Source: Candidatus Woesearchaeota archaeon (lineage in GTDB: Archaea > Nanobdellota > Nanobdellia > SCGC-AAA011-G17 > ARS1403). Taken from it: a stretch of 64,000 bases of DNA. The notes under the pieces were generated by a model that searched no databases, was not told where the DNA came from, and saw only the letters and a list, made by a program, of their open reading frames with translations. Below, piece by piece: positions 48,080 to 58,906 of the stretch. The position numbers were made by a program, and so were the translations under genes. Position 1 is the first letter of the stretch; the number at the start of each line of letters is the position of its first letter. The stretch lies in the NCBI GenBank assembly GCA_018302705.1, contig JAGVZI010000012.1:332-64331 (forward strand), written 5' to 3'.

Positions 48080-49702
48080 TCAAACAGAGAATATTATAAA
48101 TTTATTGTTCTCATAAGCAACTTGAAAATTTAGCTTCTTAGGTTTATCAAATATAATGTAATCAATATCATACTCTTCTTTAATTTTTAGTATATCCTCT
48201 TCAGAAAGTTCATTATAGTTTTCAATGCATTTTTTGCTTTCTTCAAGAAAATTACAATTTATGAAATTCAGCCTTTTTAAGTATTCTGGAATTATTTCTT
48301 CTCCATTTGGGTTTAAAATTATCCCCAACCCAAGATCCTTGCCACTTACAAAAATGCTTCTTTCAGAATAAAATCTAAAGGGTTTGTCATAGCGAGTAAC
48401 AAATAATGCATCCTTTTTAGTATTGTTTTTACTCCAAAGTTGGATGTCAATCCATTCATCATAATAATCTGTCCAAGGCAAATTAACATGGTTCTCCCCC
48501 TTCCAAATATTCGCACCTATCGAGCCAATAATTAAAAAAACTAGAACTGAAGAAATCAAAGCTGCCTTAAACCACTTTGTTTTTTTAAAATATCTAAGGA
48601 TTATAAAAGCAACTATAACATATAATAGGATAGCAAGATATACCTTCATATTCCCGTTGTAAAACAAAGCAACACCTAGAAAGATTCCAAGAAGATTGTG
48701 AGAAAATTTAGGCTTCATAATAAGACCATAGATATAATTTGAAGAATATAAAAGGGCAAATATTACAAGAAATGGAGCACTTCTAAGCAGATGTAGTTGT
48801 ATTATGCTTCTAATCGGCAGAATTTCAGAGAACACAAATCCAAGGATGAGCATAATAAATACAGCCAGTGAAAAAATAGCAATAGTCCTATTATAGATTT
48901 CTCTTTTCTTATTTCTAAATTTATATGCAAGAAAGAATAATATCATAATTGGAATGAAATTTAACCATACAGATATAGCCCATGTTGAAGGAAAAAGATG
49001 CAACCCTGCTCTAGTCCTGGCAACATCGATCCATAAAGGACTAGGAATGAGACTTTCCTTTTTTCTGCCAAGCACAGTAATTAAAAAAGGCAAGGAAGCT
49101 ATTATTAAAGAGCCAAAAGATAAAAATATTTTAAACTTTCCTATTTTATTAAATTTAAAAAGAAAATAGAGTAAAAACATTGATAGAACAAAAATGCTAG
49201 TCATTCCATGAAAATTAAAACTTAATCCAAGAAAGATAAAAGACCATATGTATCTTCGTTTCAGAAATAAATAAATTGCCAGCAATAAAAATGGAAAGAC
49301 AAAAGTAGAATGCTGAAGTGCATAATCCCTAGTATGTGCTCCTCCTATAGTGTTTTTTGGAATAATAGAAAATAACACAGATAAATAAGAAACATAATCA
49401 TTGTTGAATAATAATTTAGTTAGCTTAAAAATCATAATGAATGTAAAATATAATAAAAAGAAATAAAGGAAGAAGCTAGTCCACTCTAATTTATCTCCAC
49501 TCAATCTTACTAATAAGTCATAAAAAAATCCAGGATATTCTGTATTATGAATGTAAAAATCCCTAGTATAAAGGGTGCTGTCTATCTTAGCCTTAGCCAA
49601 AGAAAAATAATTTGTATGGTTTTCTTCTCCAAACCTATATCCTTCTATTAAAATTGCAAAAATTGTTAGTAATAACAGGAATATTAGATATTTATTTTTC
49701 AT
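48080..49702 (-). CDS. Large polytopic membrane protein with a C-terminal soluble domain (hypothetical; possibly a glycan polymerase/GT-C-like)
   Basis: More than 10 TM helices, about 150-aa C-terminal hydrophilic domain. Confidence 0.35.
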   Translation of the reverse strand: MKNKYLIFLLLLTIFAILIEGYRFGEENHTNYFSLAKAKIDSTLYTRDFYIHNTEYPGFFYDLLVRLSGDKLEWTSFFLYFFLLYFTFIMIFKLTKLLFNNDYVSYLSVLFSIIPKNTIGGAHTRDYALQHSTFVFPFLLLAIYLFLKRRYIWSFIFLGLSFNFHGMTSIFVLSMFLLYFLFKFNKIGKFKIFLSFGSLIIASLPFLITVLGRKKESLIPSPLWIDVARTRAGLHLFPSTWAISVWLNFIPIMILFFLAYKFRNKKREIYNRTIAIFSLAVFIMLILGFVFSEILPIRSIIQLHLLRSAPFLVIFALLYSSNYIYGLIMKPKFSHNLLGIFLGVALFYNGNMKVYLAILLYVIVAFIILRYFKKTKWFKAALISSVLVFLIIGSIGANIWKGENHVNLPWTDYYDEWIDIQLWSKNNTKKDALFVTRYDKPFRFYSERSIFVSGKDLGLGIILNPNGEEIIPEYLKRLNFINCNFLEESKKCIENYNELSEEDILKIKEEYDIDYIIFDKPKKLNFQVAYENNKFIIFSV

Positions 49703-49734
49703 TGAACCTCTATATAAAGGCTTTAGTAAACCTT

Positions 49735-50496
49735 CTAAATATTTTTTAATGGCCGATCTTCAGCTTTCTTTGATGCACCCATAGCAAAATATCCGCAAAG
49801 CATTGGAAATGTTTTAGATAATGAAAAGTCCAGACTAGGAGAATAGATGAATCTAAAAGGATATGGGATGACACTTCTTCGTTTTGAAAAATTTATGATG
49901 AAGCCTTTATTTAAGAGCATAGATTTTAACTCATTTAATTTATAAAAGTTATTTCCCTCTTTCACGCAGTTATTTGAGACTCCAAGAAATTTTAACAATA
50001 TCCTTATAAAAATGTTTTCTATATTCGGCTCACAAATAACAAATACACCTCCAGGTTTCAAAATCCTATTTGCCTCCCTAATTACTTTTTCAGCTACATT
50101 TTTATTAAAATGGTTAAAAGTAACAAAAATTACAACGAAGTCGAAGTGCTCATTTTCGTAATTGATGTTGGTAGCAGATCCCAATACGAATTCGGTTTTA
50201 GGATAAATAACTCTAGCAAGTTCAATAGACTTATCAGAGATGTCTAGGCCTACAGTTTTTTTTGTAATGCTATTAAGATAGTCTGCAGAATGCCCTATCC
50301 CGCATGCTATCTCTAATCCGACAAGCTCATTTAAGCTTTTTTTAAAACAGGAGTTGAGAATTTCAATAGTAATGTTTTCTTTAACTTTTGCATAATATTT
50401 ATATCTTTTCCATCTGTTAAAGTAAACTTCTTCACATATTCTATTAAAAGATTCTCGTTGCATGTCTTCTATAGTAGTATTCATACTAAGGTTCAA
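49735..50496 (-). CDS. Class I SAM-dependent methyltransferase
   Basis: VGLEIACGIGHSADYL (motif I), LKPGGVFVICEP. Confidence 0.7.
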   Translation of the reverse strand: MNLSMNTTIEDMQRESFNRICEEVYFNRWKRYKYYAKVKENITIEILNSCFKKSLNELVGLEIACGIGHSADYLNSITKKTVGLDISDKSIELARVIYPKTEFVLGSATNINYENEHFDFVVIFVTFNHFNKNVAEKVIREANRILKPGGVFVICEPNIENIFIRILLKFLGVSNNCVKEGNNFYKLNELKSMLLNKGFIINFSKRRSVIPYPFRFIYSPSLDFSLSKTFPMLCGYFAMGASKKAEDRPLKNI

Positions 50497-50521
50497 CTAA
50501 CAAGAAGAATTATAAACATTA

Positions 50522-51964
50522 TTATTGAGAAATTACAGTTACTGCTGCAGAAGCCAATTCCCTGAATTCTCTAAAAGATCTTACCTTAGAAATCATCTTG
50601 AAAACATAACTAGGTCTTAAGTAGAAGCTCCTATAAGCTTTTTTCAGCCATTCATCTAGCTCCTTGCTGGATAGTTTACATCCGGGGACTCTTATCTCAT
50701 CACTCTCAGTAGTCTTTCCTACAGTGAAATCTTTCCAGTAATCTCTTCCAATCTCATCTATGACATCATCGTACAAAGGTGTGCCAGCAATTGGAGTTAA
50801 TTTATTGATCTGCACATAATCCAAGTCTAAGCTTTTAGCAAATTCAATAGTCTCTTTTACAGACTCTTCCGTTTCTCCTGGAAATCCAATAATAAAGAAA
50901 CCGAAAGGAGACATGCCTGCTTCCTGTGTCCATTTAACAGCCTGCTCAATTTTCTCTCGTGGCATATATCTCTTCATTTTATGTAAAATCTCTTCATTAG
51001 CAGATTCAATGCCGTAGTTAACTCTCACACATCCTGCTTTCGCAATTAATTGTAGCAATTCTTTATTCACGCAGTCTGCTCTAGTTCTAATGCTGAATGT
51101 AAGTCTTTTATTTAACCCTCTTCTTATGATTTCATTGCAAATCTTTTCAGCTCTAGGTTGATTTATTGTAAATGTCTCGTCATAGAATATAATCTCTTTT
51201 ATTCCATATTTATCAGCACATTCCTCCATCTCATCTACTACATCCTTGTAATCCCTATAAAAAGCAGTCTTGTCTGTGCTGCAATATGTACACTTGTAAG
51301 GGCAACCAGTAGCAGTTAGCATAGTGCTTACAGGCCTTCTTTTAGAAATCAATGTAGAATATCTCTCATTGGGCAGCAAATCCCTGGCAGGATGAGGTAT
51401 GCCTTTCCAATAATCAGTTCTTCTAGGTCTTGGAGCTGTTATTATAATTTTACCTTCTCTGTCTTTATATCCAATGCCTTTAACTTTGCTCAAGTCTTTT
51501 TTACTCTTAAGGGATTCCATCAGCTCAGGCAAGGTCTCCCAAGCTTCTCCAATTACAATATAATCAACAACATTGTACATCTCTAAAGTTTCTTTAGGAT
51601 ATGACAAGGTATGCGGTCCGCCAAGAATCATTTTAATGTTTAGCTTTGACTTGATATACTCCATCCATTCAACAGTTATCTTCAAGCTCGCAGTAATAAC
51701 TCCAAACATCAAAAAATCAGGATTGTGCTCTTTTATCTTTTCAATCATCTCTTCTTTTGTATAATGGATAGCATAGCCGTCGATTATTCCAACCTCGTAT
51801 CCTCTATTTCTCATGTAAGCAGCCAAATAAGCAACACCTAGAGGAGGAAGAACAACGCCTTTCTTGGAGTAAAGTTTATGAATCTTCTTAGTATAATACA
51901 ATCTCTGCATTTGTTGAGGTGGTTGTATAAATAAAATCTTCATATTATCTCCAAAAGTTAACAA
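50522..51964 (-). CDS. B12-binding radical SAM protein
   Basis: N-terminal B12-binding module; TATGCPYKCTYCS. Confidence 0.8.
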   Translation of the reverse strand: MLTFGDNMKILFIQPPQQMQRLYYTKKIHKLYSKKGVVLPPLGVAYLAAYMRNRGYEVGIIDGYAIHYTKEEMIEKIKEHNPDFLMFGVITASLKITVEWMEYIKSKLNIKMILGGPHTLSYPKETLEMYNVVDYIVIGEAWETLPELMESLKSKKDLSKVKGIGYKDREGKIIITAPRPRRTDYWKGIPHPARDLLPNERYSTLISKRRPVSTMLTATGCPYKCTYCSTDKTAFYRDYKDVVDEMEECADKYGIKEIIFYDETFTINQPRAEKICNEIIRRGLNKRLTFSIRTRADCVNKELLQLIAKAGCVRVNYGIESANEEILHKMKRYMPREKIEQAVKWTQEAGMSPFGFFIIGFPGETEESVKETIEFAKSLDLDYVQINKLTPIAGTPLYDDVIDEIGRDYWKDFTVGKTTESDEIRVPGCKLSSKELDEWLKKAYRSFYLRPSYVFKMISKVRSFREFRELASAAVTVISQ

Positions 51965-52115
51965 TTGTTAAATAAATATTTGGATACTAGACTTTATATA
52001 TTTTTCTCTCAGCAAGTTTATTTTTAGACCGAGTTACATAATGAAGGAACTAATAAAAACCAAATCCATTAAAGAGATTATAAGAAAAACTAAGGCAGGA
52101 ATAAAAATTCTAAAT

Positions 52116-52997
52116 TCATAATTTAGTGCTTAACACTTCTTCGGCAATTCTCTTATAAGGTATAATCTTTATCTGTAATTCTCTTGTTTTATCAATGATA
52201 CCTTTATGAATTTGGAGTTCAGGATCATATTCCATAACTGCCCAAGGATGTAAGCACAGAGATATATAAATTAGTTTGTCTCTGGACATCTCAATTGCAC
52301 TTTTCATGAGACTTGTATAGTGTTGAAGGATTTCTTCAGGGTCACTAGGAGTTTGTTTTAGATACTTGTGCGCTTTTTCAGCAGTAAAAATATCATCATG
52401 CCAGCCGTGCGAGGGAATCTCCACTATGTTATTATATCCGATATTATTATATGTATGTGGTTGTCTTTGATGTGTCAGTTTTGCTTCAATAGAATCTTCG
52501 CCTCTTAAATCAGATGAAACAAAACGTAATCCGGTTTTACTTAATGCCTCAACCATTTCAGGGAGATCTGATAAGTCATGGTGATATCCCATGGGGGTTC
52601 TTAATCCTATAGGATCGATATCTAAAATTTTTTTTAGAGTTTGATTTGCTTTTTCAACATCGTCTACAAATTGTTGCCATGATACAATGGGTTTACCTTC
52701 ATTCCTTTTAATTCTCCTAAAAATTAGATGAGAATAACTATGCTGTTGTATATCATTCAATCTACTTCTACAATATATCCCTCTAAGCTCGTCTTTAGAA
52801 AAATCTCGTAAACATTTTTCTAAATAATCTCCAAGAATAAAAAAAGTTCTTGGCACATTTTCTTCATCTAAAAAATCAGAAAGCCGGTTTATAAATCTTA
52901 ATTGCTCTCTCCTAAATTGCTTACCATTATAAGAATCAGCAAATATTCCATAAGGTCTTTCAGTATCATATCCAAGAGATAGTATCACATTAGACAT
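52116..52997 (-). CDS. Polysaccharide deacetylase-like (CE4-like) protein
   Basis: ILSLGYDTERPYG...TFFILGDYLE resembles the CE4 TFDDG/...F.vG pattern; weak. Confidence 0.4.
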   Translation of the reverse strand: MSNVILSLGYDTERPYGIFADSYNGKQFRREQLRFINRLSDFLDEENVPRTFFILGDYLEKCLRDFSKDELRGIYCRSRLNDIQQHSYSHLIFRRIKRNEGKPIVSWQQFVDDVEKANQTLKKILDIDPIGLRTPMGYHHDLSDLPEMVEALSKTGLRFVSSDLRGEDSIEAKLTHQRQPHTYNNIGYNNIVEIPSHGWHDDIFTAEKAHKYLKQTPSDPEEILQHYTSLMKSAIEMSRDKLIYISLCLHPWAVMEYDPELQIHKGIIDKTRELQIKIIPYKRIAEEVLSTKL

Positions 52998-53006
52998 TTT
53001 ATTTAT

Positions 53007-53966
53007 CTATCTAGAAAGGTAATTCCTTTTAATCCATTCAGCAGTTCTATCAATACCTTCTTCAAAGCTTATAGATTCTCTAAAGCCTAATTGTTCTATT
53101 TTTGTAGTATCTGGAACTGGGTAGTAGTTTTCACCGAGCCTTTCTGGACGATAAGTAATCTCCAGTCCGGGATTATATTTCCTAATTAATTTTTTAGCCA
53201 AATCCTCTATTGAGATCCTTGTTTTGGAAGCAACATTATAAACTTCCCCAACAGTTTCAGATTCATGCCGAAGCATAAGCATATTTGCTTCTACAATATC
53301 ATCAATATATGTAAAGCATCTGAGTTGCTTTCCACCAAAAACTATAGGGCTTTCTCCTTTTAGGATTCTACTCAAGAAAATACTAATTACTCCTACCTCT
53401 CCTTCAGGGTCCTCTCTCGGACCAAATACATGAAAATATCGTAATACTCTAACATCTATTCCAAAATTCTTAGCATAATATTTACAATAAGACTCTACAG
53501 CATTTTTACTTATCCCATATACCGTGCTTGGATTTTTAGGACTCTCCTCTTTCATGGGGGTCCTATCTATAGAACTACCAAGAACAGATCCAGTAGAAGC
53601 ATGAATAATTTTGGTCCTAGAAGACCCTCTAGCTGCTTCTAGTATCATTGAACTACCCAAAACATTAGTTTCAATATCGGAGAAAGGGGCTTTTAAAGAA
53701 TGAACTAGCTTAGCAGCAGCTTCATGGAACACATAATCACTTTTTTGAACTAGATATCTTGTAAGTGCATAATCCGTTATAGATCCTTGAATAAATTCCA
53801 CTCTTTGATCGTTAATGGCATCTTTTAAGCGTTCGACTTTACCGCTATTAAGATTATCTAATATCTTAACCTTTCCAGCTCCCTCTTTTAAACATCTATC
53901 TACTAAATGGCTACCAATAAAACCTGCACCACCAGTAACCAGAACTGTCTTTTCTTTCAGTAACAT
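53007..53966 (-). CDS. NAD-dependent nucleotide-sugar epimerase/dehydratase
   Basis: VLVTGGAGFIGSHLVDRCL, YGISK (YxxxK). Confidence 0.8.
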   Translation of the reverse strand: MLLKEKTVLVTGGAGFIGSHLVDRCLKEGAGKVKILDNLNSGKVERLKDAINDQRVEFIQGSITDYALTRYLVQKSDYVFHEAAAKLVHSLKAPFSDIETNVLGSSMILEAARGSSRTKIIHASTGSVLGSSIDRTPMKEESPKNPSTVYGISKNAVESYCKYYAKNFGIDVRVLRYFHVFGPREDPEGEVGVISIFLSRILKGESPIVFGGKQLRCFTYIDDIVEANMLMLRHESETVGEVYNVASKTRISIEDLAKKLIRKYNPGLEITYRPERLGENYYPVPDTTKIEQLGFRESISFEEGIDRTAEWIKRNYLSR

Positions 53967-54121
53967 TTTAATTGAAATTAAAAAACAGGTTTTTTAAATA
54001 TATTGCTTATTAAGAATATATAACCCTCAACTATATTAATAATTTCGGGATAACACACAAACTCGACTTTGCCAAAACTTTTAAATAAGGTTATTTTGAA
54101 GAACTTGATTGGGGGGTAACT

Positions 54122-55063
54122 ATGTACAAACATTTAAAGGTCTCGCTTGTTATTCCGGCATATAATGAAGAGAAGCTAATAGTCCCAACACTAGAAAACG
54201 TACCTAAAATAATAGACAAGGTTTATGTTGTAGATGATGCTAGTACAGATAATACCCATTTAATTGTTAATAAATTAATCCAAAAAGATAAACGGATAAC
54301 TCTCCTCAGGCATCAAGCCAATAAAGGGACTGGAAATGCAATTATAACTGGATATAAACAATCTTCTAAGGATGGACATGACATAGCTGTAGTCATAGGT
54401 GGAGATAATCAGATGGATCTTGCCGATTTAAATAATTTTCTTGAGCCAATAGCAAATAATGAAGCAGACTACACGAAAGGGAATAGGTTCCTTTTAGGGG
54501 GGAATGCTTATACAGACATGCCAAAAAAACGCTTTTTTGGTAATGCTATCTTGACCTTCATGACCAAATTTGCATCTGGCTATTGGAAAATTTTTGATAC
54601 TCAAGATGGCTATACTGCAATATCTAAGAGGGTTATAGATAAGGTTGATTGGTCGAGAGCATCAGTAGGATATGGTTATGTTTCAGACTTCTTGATTCTT
54701 TTTAATGTCTATAACATTCGAGTCAAAGATGTTCCAAGAAAGGCAATTTACTTAAAAGGAGAAAGACAATCACAGATTAAAATTTTTAGATATATGATAA
54801 CTGTTGGTCCTAGAATTATTAAAAAATTTTTCTGGAGAATAAATACAAAATATCTAATCCAAGATTTCCATCCGCTTATTTTATTTTACTATTTCTCTTT
54901 TGTCTTGTTGCCCTTAGGCACAATCTTAGCATTTAAAGTAGGCTATCAAGGGCTGACTGGGCTAGCTTCCGGAAACCTGGCAGTTCTTTCGGCCCTATTG
55001 CTAATCATGGGCACACAATTCTTACTTTTTGCAATTTTGTTTGATATGCAGGCAAATCAATAG
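54122..55063 (+). CDS. GT2 polyprenol-phosphate glycosyltransferase with C-terminal TM helices
   Basis: VSLVIPAYNEEKLI...VDDASTDNT...GGDNQ; C-terminal TM pair. Confidence 0.8.
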   Translation: MYKHLKVSLVIPAYNEEKLIVPTLENVPKIIDKVYVVDDASTDNTHLIVNKLIQKDKRITLLRHQANKGTGNAIITGYKQSSKDGHDIAVVIGGDNQMDLADLNNFLEPIANNEADYTKGNRFLLGGNAYTDMPKKRFFGNAILTFMTKFASGYWKIFDTQDGYTAISKRVIDKVDWSRASVGYGYVSDFLILFNVYNIRVKDVPRKAIYLKGERQSQIKIFRYMITVGPRIIKKFFWRINTKYLIQDFHPLILFYYFSFVLLPLGTILAFKVGYQGLTGLASGNLAVLSALLLIMGTQFLLFAILFDMQANQ

Positions 55064-55190
55064 ATTATTCAGTTTCAAAATAATTAATTTATCAAGAATA
55101 CAAATTCTTAAAACCTCAAAAATATTTGATAAATATGTAACAATTTTTGGGGAAGCTAAATTTTTAAATATATCTTTATTCAAATTAAAA

Positions 55191-56377
55191 ATGAACTATG
55201 ATATTATTAGATTATTAGATAAATATATGGGGGTACCATTATGTTTTTTGTTTTCTATAATAGATAGCTTATTCCCAAAAGGTAAAAAAAGAGAAATAAA
55301 AAATATCCTAATCATAAGATTTTGGGGGATTGGCAGCATAATACTCTCTTCTCCGACATTAAAGACTATTAGGGAAAATTATCCACAAGCTAAAATTTAT
55401 TTCCTAACAATGAAGAGAAATGAAGGGGTTTATGACGGCAGCAATTTAATGGATGAGATTATCTATTATAATTTCAAAAATTATTTCAATGTTTTTAAAG
55501 ATTTTTTTAAAGTAATTTTCTACATAAGGAAAAAAAAGATTGACCTGGCAATTGATTTAGAGCATTTCTCGAAATTTTCGAGCATAGTCACTTATTTAAG
55601 TGGAGCATGGGAAAGGGCAGGTTTTTTCACAAAGGGGCAACATAGAGAGGGGGTATATACAATTAAGGTTCCATTCAGTGATTATCATCACGTGGTTGAA
55701 AACTTTTTAAATATTCCACTATATATAGGTTTGAAATCAAACTCTGGTAATCTTGTTAAACTTCCTGTGACCGATAAGGAAAAGATTTATATAAATCAAT
55801 TATTAGAAAAGAATAAGGTAGGCAAGAAGGATCTAATAGTGGGGATAAATATCAATTCAAGCGATTTTGCAATTGAAAGAAGATGGCCAAAAGAAAAATA
55901 TGTGGAACTGGCTGATAAAATATTAAAAAAGCATCCGAATGCAAAAATATTTTTTATAGGAGCTAAGTTTGATAAAGAATTTGTGCAATCTACAATAGAT
56001 ATGATTCGGGACCATTCAAAATGAAAGAAGAAAAAAAGAGGGTAATTAATCTGGCTGGAGAAACTAACTTATTAGAGTTGGCAGCGTTTATGGAGAAATG
56101 TGATTTGTTTATCTCCAATGATTCAGGCCCATTACATCTGGCAACAGCAATGGATGTCCGAACAGTATCTTTTTTCGGACCAGAAACCCCTGCATTATAT
56201 GGCCCAAGAGGAAAGAAGCATTCCATTTTATACAAGAAACTGCCCTGTAGCCCATGTATCACGGTTTATAACAATAAGACGGTTCGCTGCCCATATGATT
56301 CAAGGTGCTTAAAAACAATAGAAGTAGATGAAGCATTCAAAATAGTTGAACAAAAATTAAAGCAGATTAAAAAATGA
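55191..56377 (+). pseudogene. GT9 heptosyltransferase-like gene split by a single-base frameshift (ORFs 55029-56024 and 56021-56377)
   Basis: GT9 N-terminus ILIIRFWGIGSIILSSPTL and C-terminus INLAGETNLLELAAF...NDSGPLHLATAM lie in adjacent frames; inserting one A in the A4 run 56017-56020 restores a continuous ...IRDHSKMKEEKKRVINLAGE... Confidence 0.65.
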
Positions 56378-57450
56378 AAAGGCATATTGTTCTCGCAAAG
56401 AAAATAATTGAATCTAATTTTAAATATCTGGATTTTCCATATAAATTAACATTGATTACAACTTATAACTGCAACAGCAAATGTTTAACTTGCAATATCT
56501 GGAAAATAGATGATTTCTCCCAAGAGTTAAAACTGGAAGAATATCAAGAATTTTTTAAGAAATCAAATGAATTCTCGTGGGTGGATATAAGTGGAGGGGA
56601 GATATTCTTGAGAAAGGATATTGTTGAACTAGCTAAGGCAATAACAGACAATTGTAAGAACCTATATATGCTGCATTTTCCAACAAATTCCCTTCTGCCT
56701 AAAAGGGTTATAGAAAAAACAAAAGAAATTTTAGAACTGAAACCGAATAAATTAATTGTAACTGTCAGCTTGGATGGCAATGAGGGACTACATGATAAGA
56801 TAAGAGGAGTGAAAGGCAACTTCGAAAAATGCATGCAAACTTATGAGGGATTAAAAAGTATGGGTGTTGAGACCTATTTTGGTTTTACTCTATCTAATTA
56901 CAATTTAGGTATGATTGATAAAACTTTTGAAGCTGTTAAAAGGAGGTTTAATCACATCACATGGGATGATTTTCATATGAATATCTCAAATTCTTCAGAT
57001 CATTATTATGGAATTAAGATGAGACAGCTTACTACTGCCGAAGTTGTTTCTGAAGTAAACCGGTTTATTCAAAAGAGAGGAATTCCAAGGACACCTGTTC
57101 AAATACTAGAATATAGGTATTTAAGCAAAATCGAAGAATTCTTGAAAACTAGAAGAACCCCTGTTACATGTAAGGCTCTTTCATCTTCATGTTTCTTAGA
57201 TCCAAAGGGGGATGTTTATCCTTGTAATTCTTTTAGTAAAGTAATGGGGAATATAAGGAACTATGATTATGATTTAAGGAAGATATGGAACCTGCCTTCT
57301 ACTCAAGAGACAAGAGAAGGAATAACTAAAGGTAAATGCCCGCATTGCTGGACTCCATGTGAGGCATATCAGAGTCTTTTAGGAAATTTATTTAATCAGG
57401 AGGTAAAGCATGAAGTTATTGATGATAAACCCCCCATCCAAGCATGCTGA
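56374..57450 (+). CDS. Radical SAM protein with a C-terminal SPASM/twitch-like Cys cluster
   Basis: TYNCNSKCLTCN (CxxxCxxC); C-terminal CKALSSSCFLDPKGDVYPCNS...CPHCWTPC. Confidence 0.75.
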   Translation: MKRHIVLAKKIIESNFKYLDFPYKLTLITTYNCNSKCLTCNIWKIDDFSQELKLEEYQEFFKKSNEFSWVDISGGEIFLRKDIVELAKAITDNCKNLYMLHFPTNSLLPKRVIEKTKEILELKPNKLIVTVSLDGNEGLHDKIRGVKGNFEKCMQTYEGLKSMGVETYFGFTLSNYNLGMIDKTFEAVKRRFNHITWDDFHMNISNSSDHYYGIKMRQLTTAEVVSEVNRFIQKRGIPRTPVQILEYRYLSKIEEFLKTRRTPVTCKALSSSCFLDPKGDVYPCNSFSKVMGNIRNYDYDLRKIWNLPSTQETREGITKGKCPHCWTPCEAYQSLLGNLFNQEVKHEVIDDKPPIQAC

Positions 57451-58906
57451 TGGCTCAACGAATCCAAGAATATATTTACCAATTGGTTTGCTTTATCTAG
57501 CATCAATGCTGGAAAAACACAATCATCAAGTAAAAGTATATGATGGAAGGTTAAGTGCAAAGATCACAAAGGACTCAAATGGAAACATTCATTTTGGCGA
57601 TAGTTGGGAAGAAGTTAGAAAGGTAATTCAGGATTTTAATCCAGAAATAGTTTGCATATCCTGCATGTTCTCAAACCAAAGCTCACAGGCATTTAAGACA
57701 GCCGAGATTGCAAAAGAAATAAGCAAAGATATTCTAGCGGTCGTTGGGGGACCGCATCCATCTGTTGATACTGCATTTGTAAATAATAAATTTGTTGATA
57801 TCCAAGTATCAGGAGAAGGAGAGTTCACCATCCTTGACATTGTTGATTATTTTAATGGTAAGAAGAAACTAGATGAAATAAAGGGTATTGCATTCAAAGA
57901 AAATGATGAAGTAAAAATTATGAAAAAAAGAGAATTTATTGATGCTCTTGATGAAATCCCTTTTCCGGCATACCATCTAGTTGATATGGAGGAATATTTT
58001 AGAAAACAAAATCACGGTTATGGGGCAAGACCATTAATTAGGGGAAAGAGAGTTGTATCCATAATCACTAGTAGAGGCTGTCCTTATGAATGTACATTCT
58101 GCTCAATATTCTTATCAATGGGAAGAAAATTCAGATATCATTCTCCCAATTATGTTTTAAATCATATTCAATTATTAAAAGAGAAATATGGAGTAGACTT
58201 TATTCTATTTGAAGATGACAATATGTCTTTAAGATTAAAAAGATTTGACGAAATTTTAGAGGGTATGATCTCAAGAAGGTTAAATGATGTTAAATGGGGC
58301 GTAATTAATGGATTAAGAGCAGATACTTTGAGCAGAGAGATGATGCTCAAGATGAAGCGAGCTGGCTGCTCATATGTAGTGATAGCGATCGAATCAGGAG
58401 TTCAGAGGGTTGTTAATGACGTGATTAAAAAATATCTTGATTTAAAGAAAGTAGTCAGAGTTTGTGAGGATGCAATGCAGGTTAAAATGGAGATGTATGC
58501 ATATTATATAGTTGGATTTCCTGATGAAACAATGGATGAGATAAAGCAGACAATAAACTTTGCAATGATGCTTGATGATAAATATGGTGTATTCCCCATG
58601 GTTAACATAGCAACACCGTTGTATGGGACTGAACTCTATAGCAGAGCAGAAGAAACAGGATCTCTTGTGCAGGAGGTAACAGAAGAAGGCTTGTTAAAGG
58701 CAACACAAACTCACGGCTCAGGATTGATACAAACTTCTGAATTTACATTTGAAGATTTGCAAAAAGAAAATAAAAGATTGAATAGGAACATTTTCAAGAA
58801 TCTTGTTAAAAGATCAATTCTTCATCCTCCTTTACTGGTAAATTATATCTCTACTACGATTAAAAACCCATATGTAATAAAGAAATATGTCTTCGGGAAA
58901 GGTTGA
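57410..58906 (+). CDS. B12-binding radical SAM protein
   Basis: N-terminal B12 module; TSRGCPYECTFCS; 41-nt overlap with the upstream rSAM-SPASM gene. Confidence 0.8.
   Translation: MKLLMINPPSKHADGSTNPRIYLPIGLLYLASMLEKHNHQVKVYDGRLSAKITKDSNGNIHFGDSWEEVRKVIQDFNPEIVCISCMFSNQSSQAFKTAEIAKEISKDILAVVGGPHPSVDTAFVNNKFVDIQVSGEGEFTILDIVDYFNGKKKLDEIKGIAFKENDEVKIMKKREFIDALDEIPFPAYHLVDMEEYFRKQNHGYGARPLIRGKRVVSIITSRGCPYECTFCSIFLSMGRKFRYHSPNYVLNHIQLLKEKYGVDFILFEDDNMSLRLKRFDEILEGMISRRLNDVKWGVINGLRADTLSREMMLKMKRAGCSYVVIAIESGVQRVVNDVIKKYLDLKKVVRVCEDAMQVKMEMYAYYIVGFPDETMDEIKQTINFAMMLDDKYGVFPMVNIATPLYGTELYSRAEETGSLVQEVTEEGLLKATQTHGSGLIQTSEFTFEDLQKENKRLNRNIFKNLVKRSILHPPLLVNYISTTIKNPYVIKKYVFGKG

Noticed and set aside
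55029-55190. N-terminal extension of the GT9 ORF (MQFCLICRQINRLFSF...)
   Set aside because: It overlaps the C-terminus of the upstream GT2 and carries no GT9 homology. The internal Met at 55191 (MNYDIIRLL) is the likely start.
56021-56024. The ATGA stop/start overlap interpreted as a natural split GT-B (Alg13/14-like) gene pair
   Set aside because: The break falls inside the C-terminal Rossmann domain rather than at the domain linker. A 1-nt insertion in an adjacent A-run restores a contiguous GT9, so a frameshift is more parsimonious. The alternative is kept as a possibility in findings.
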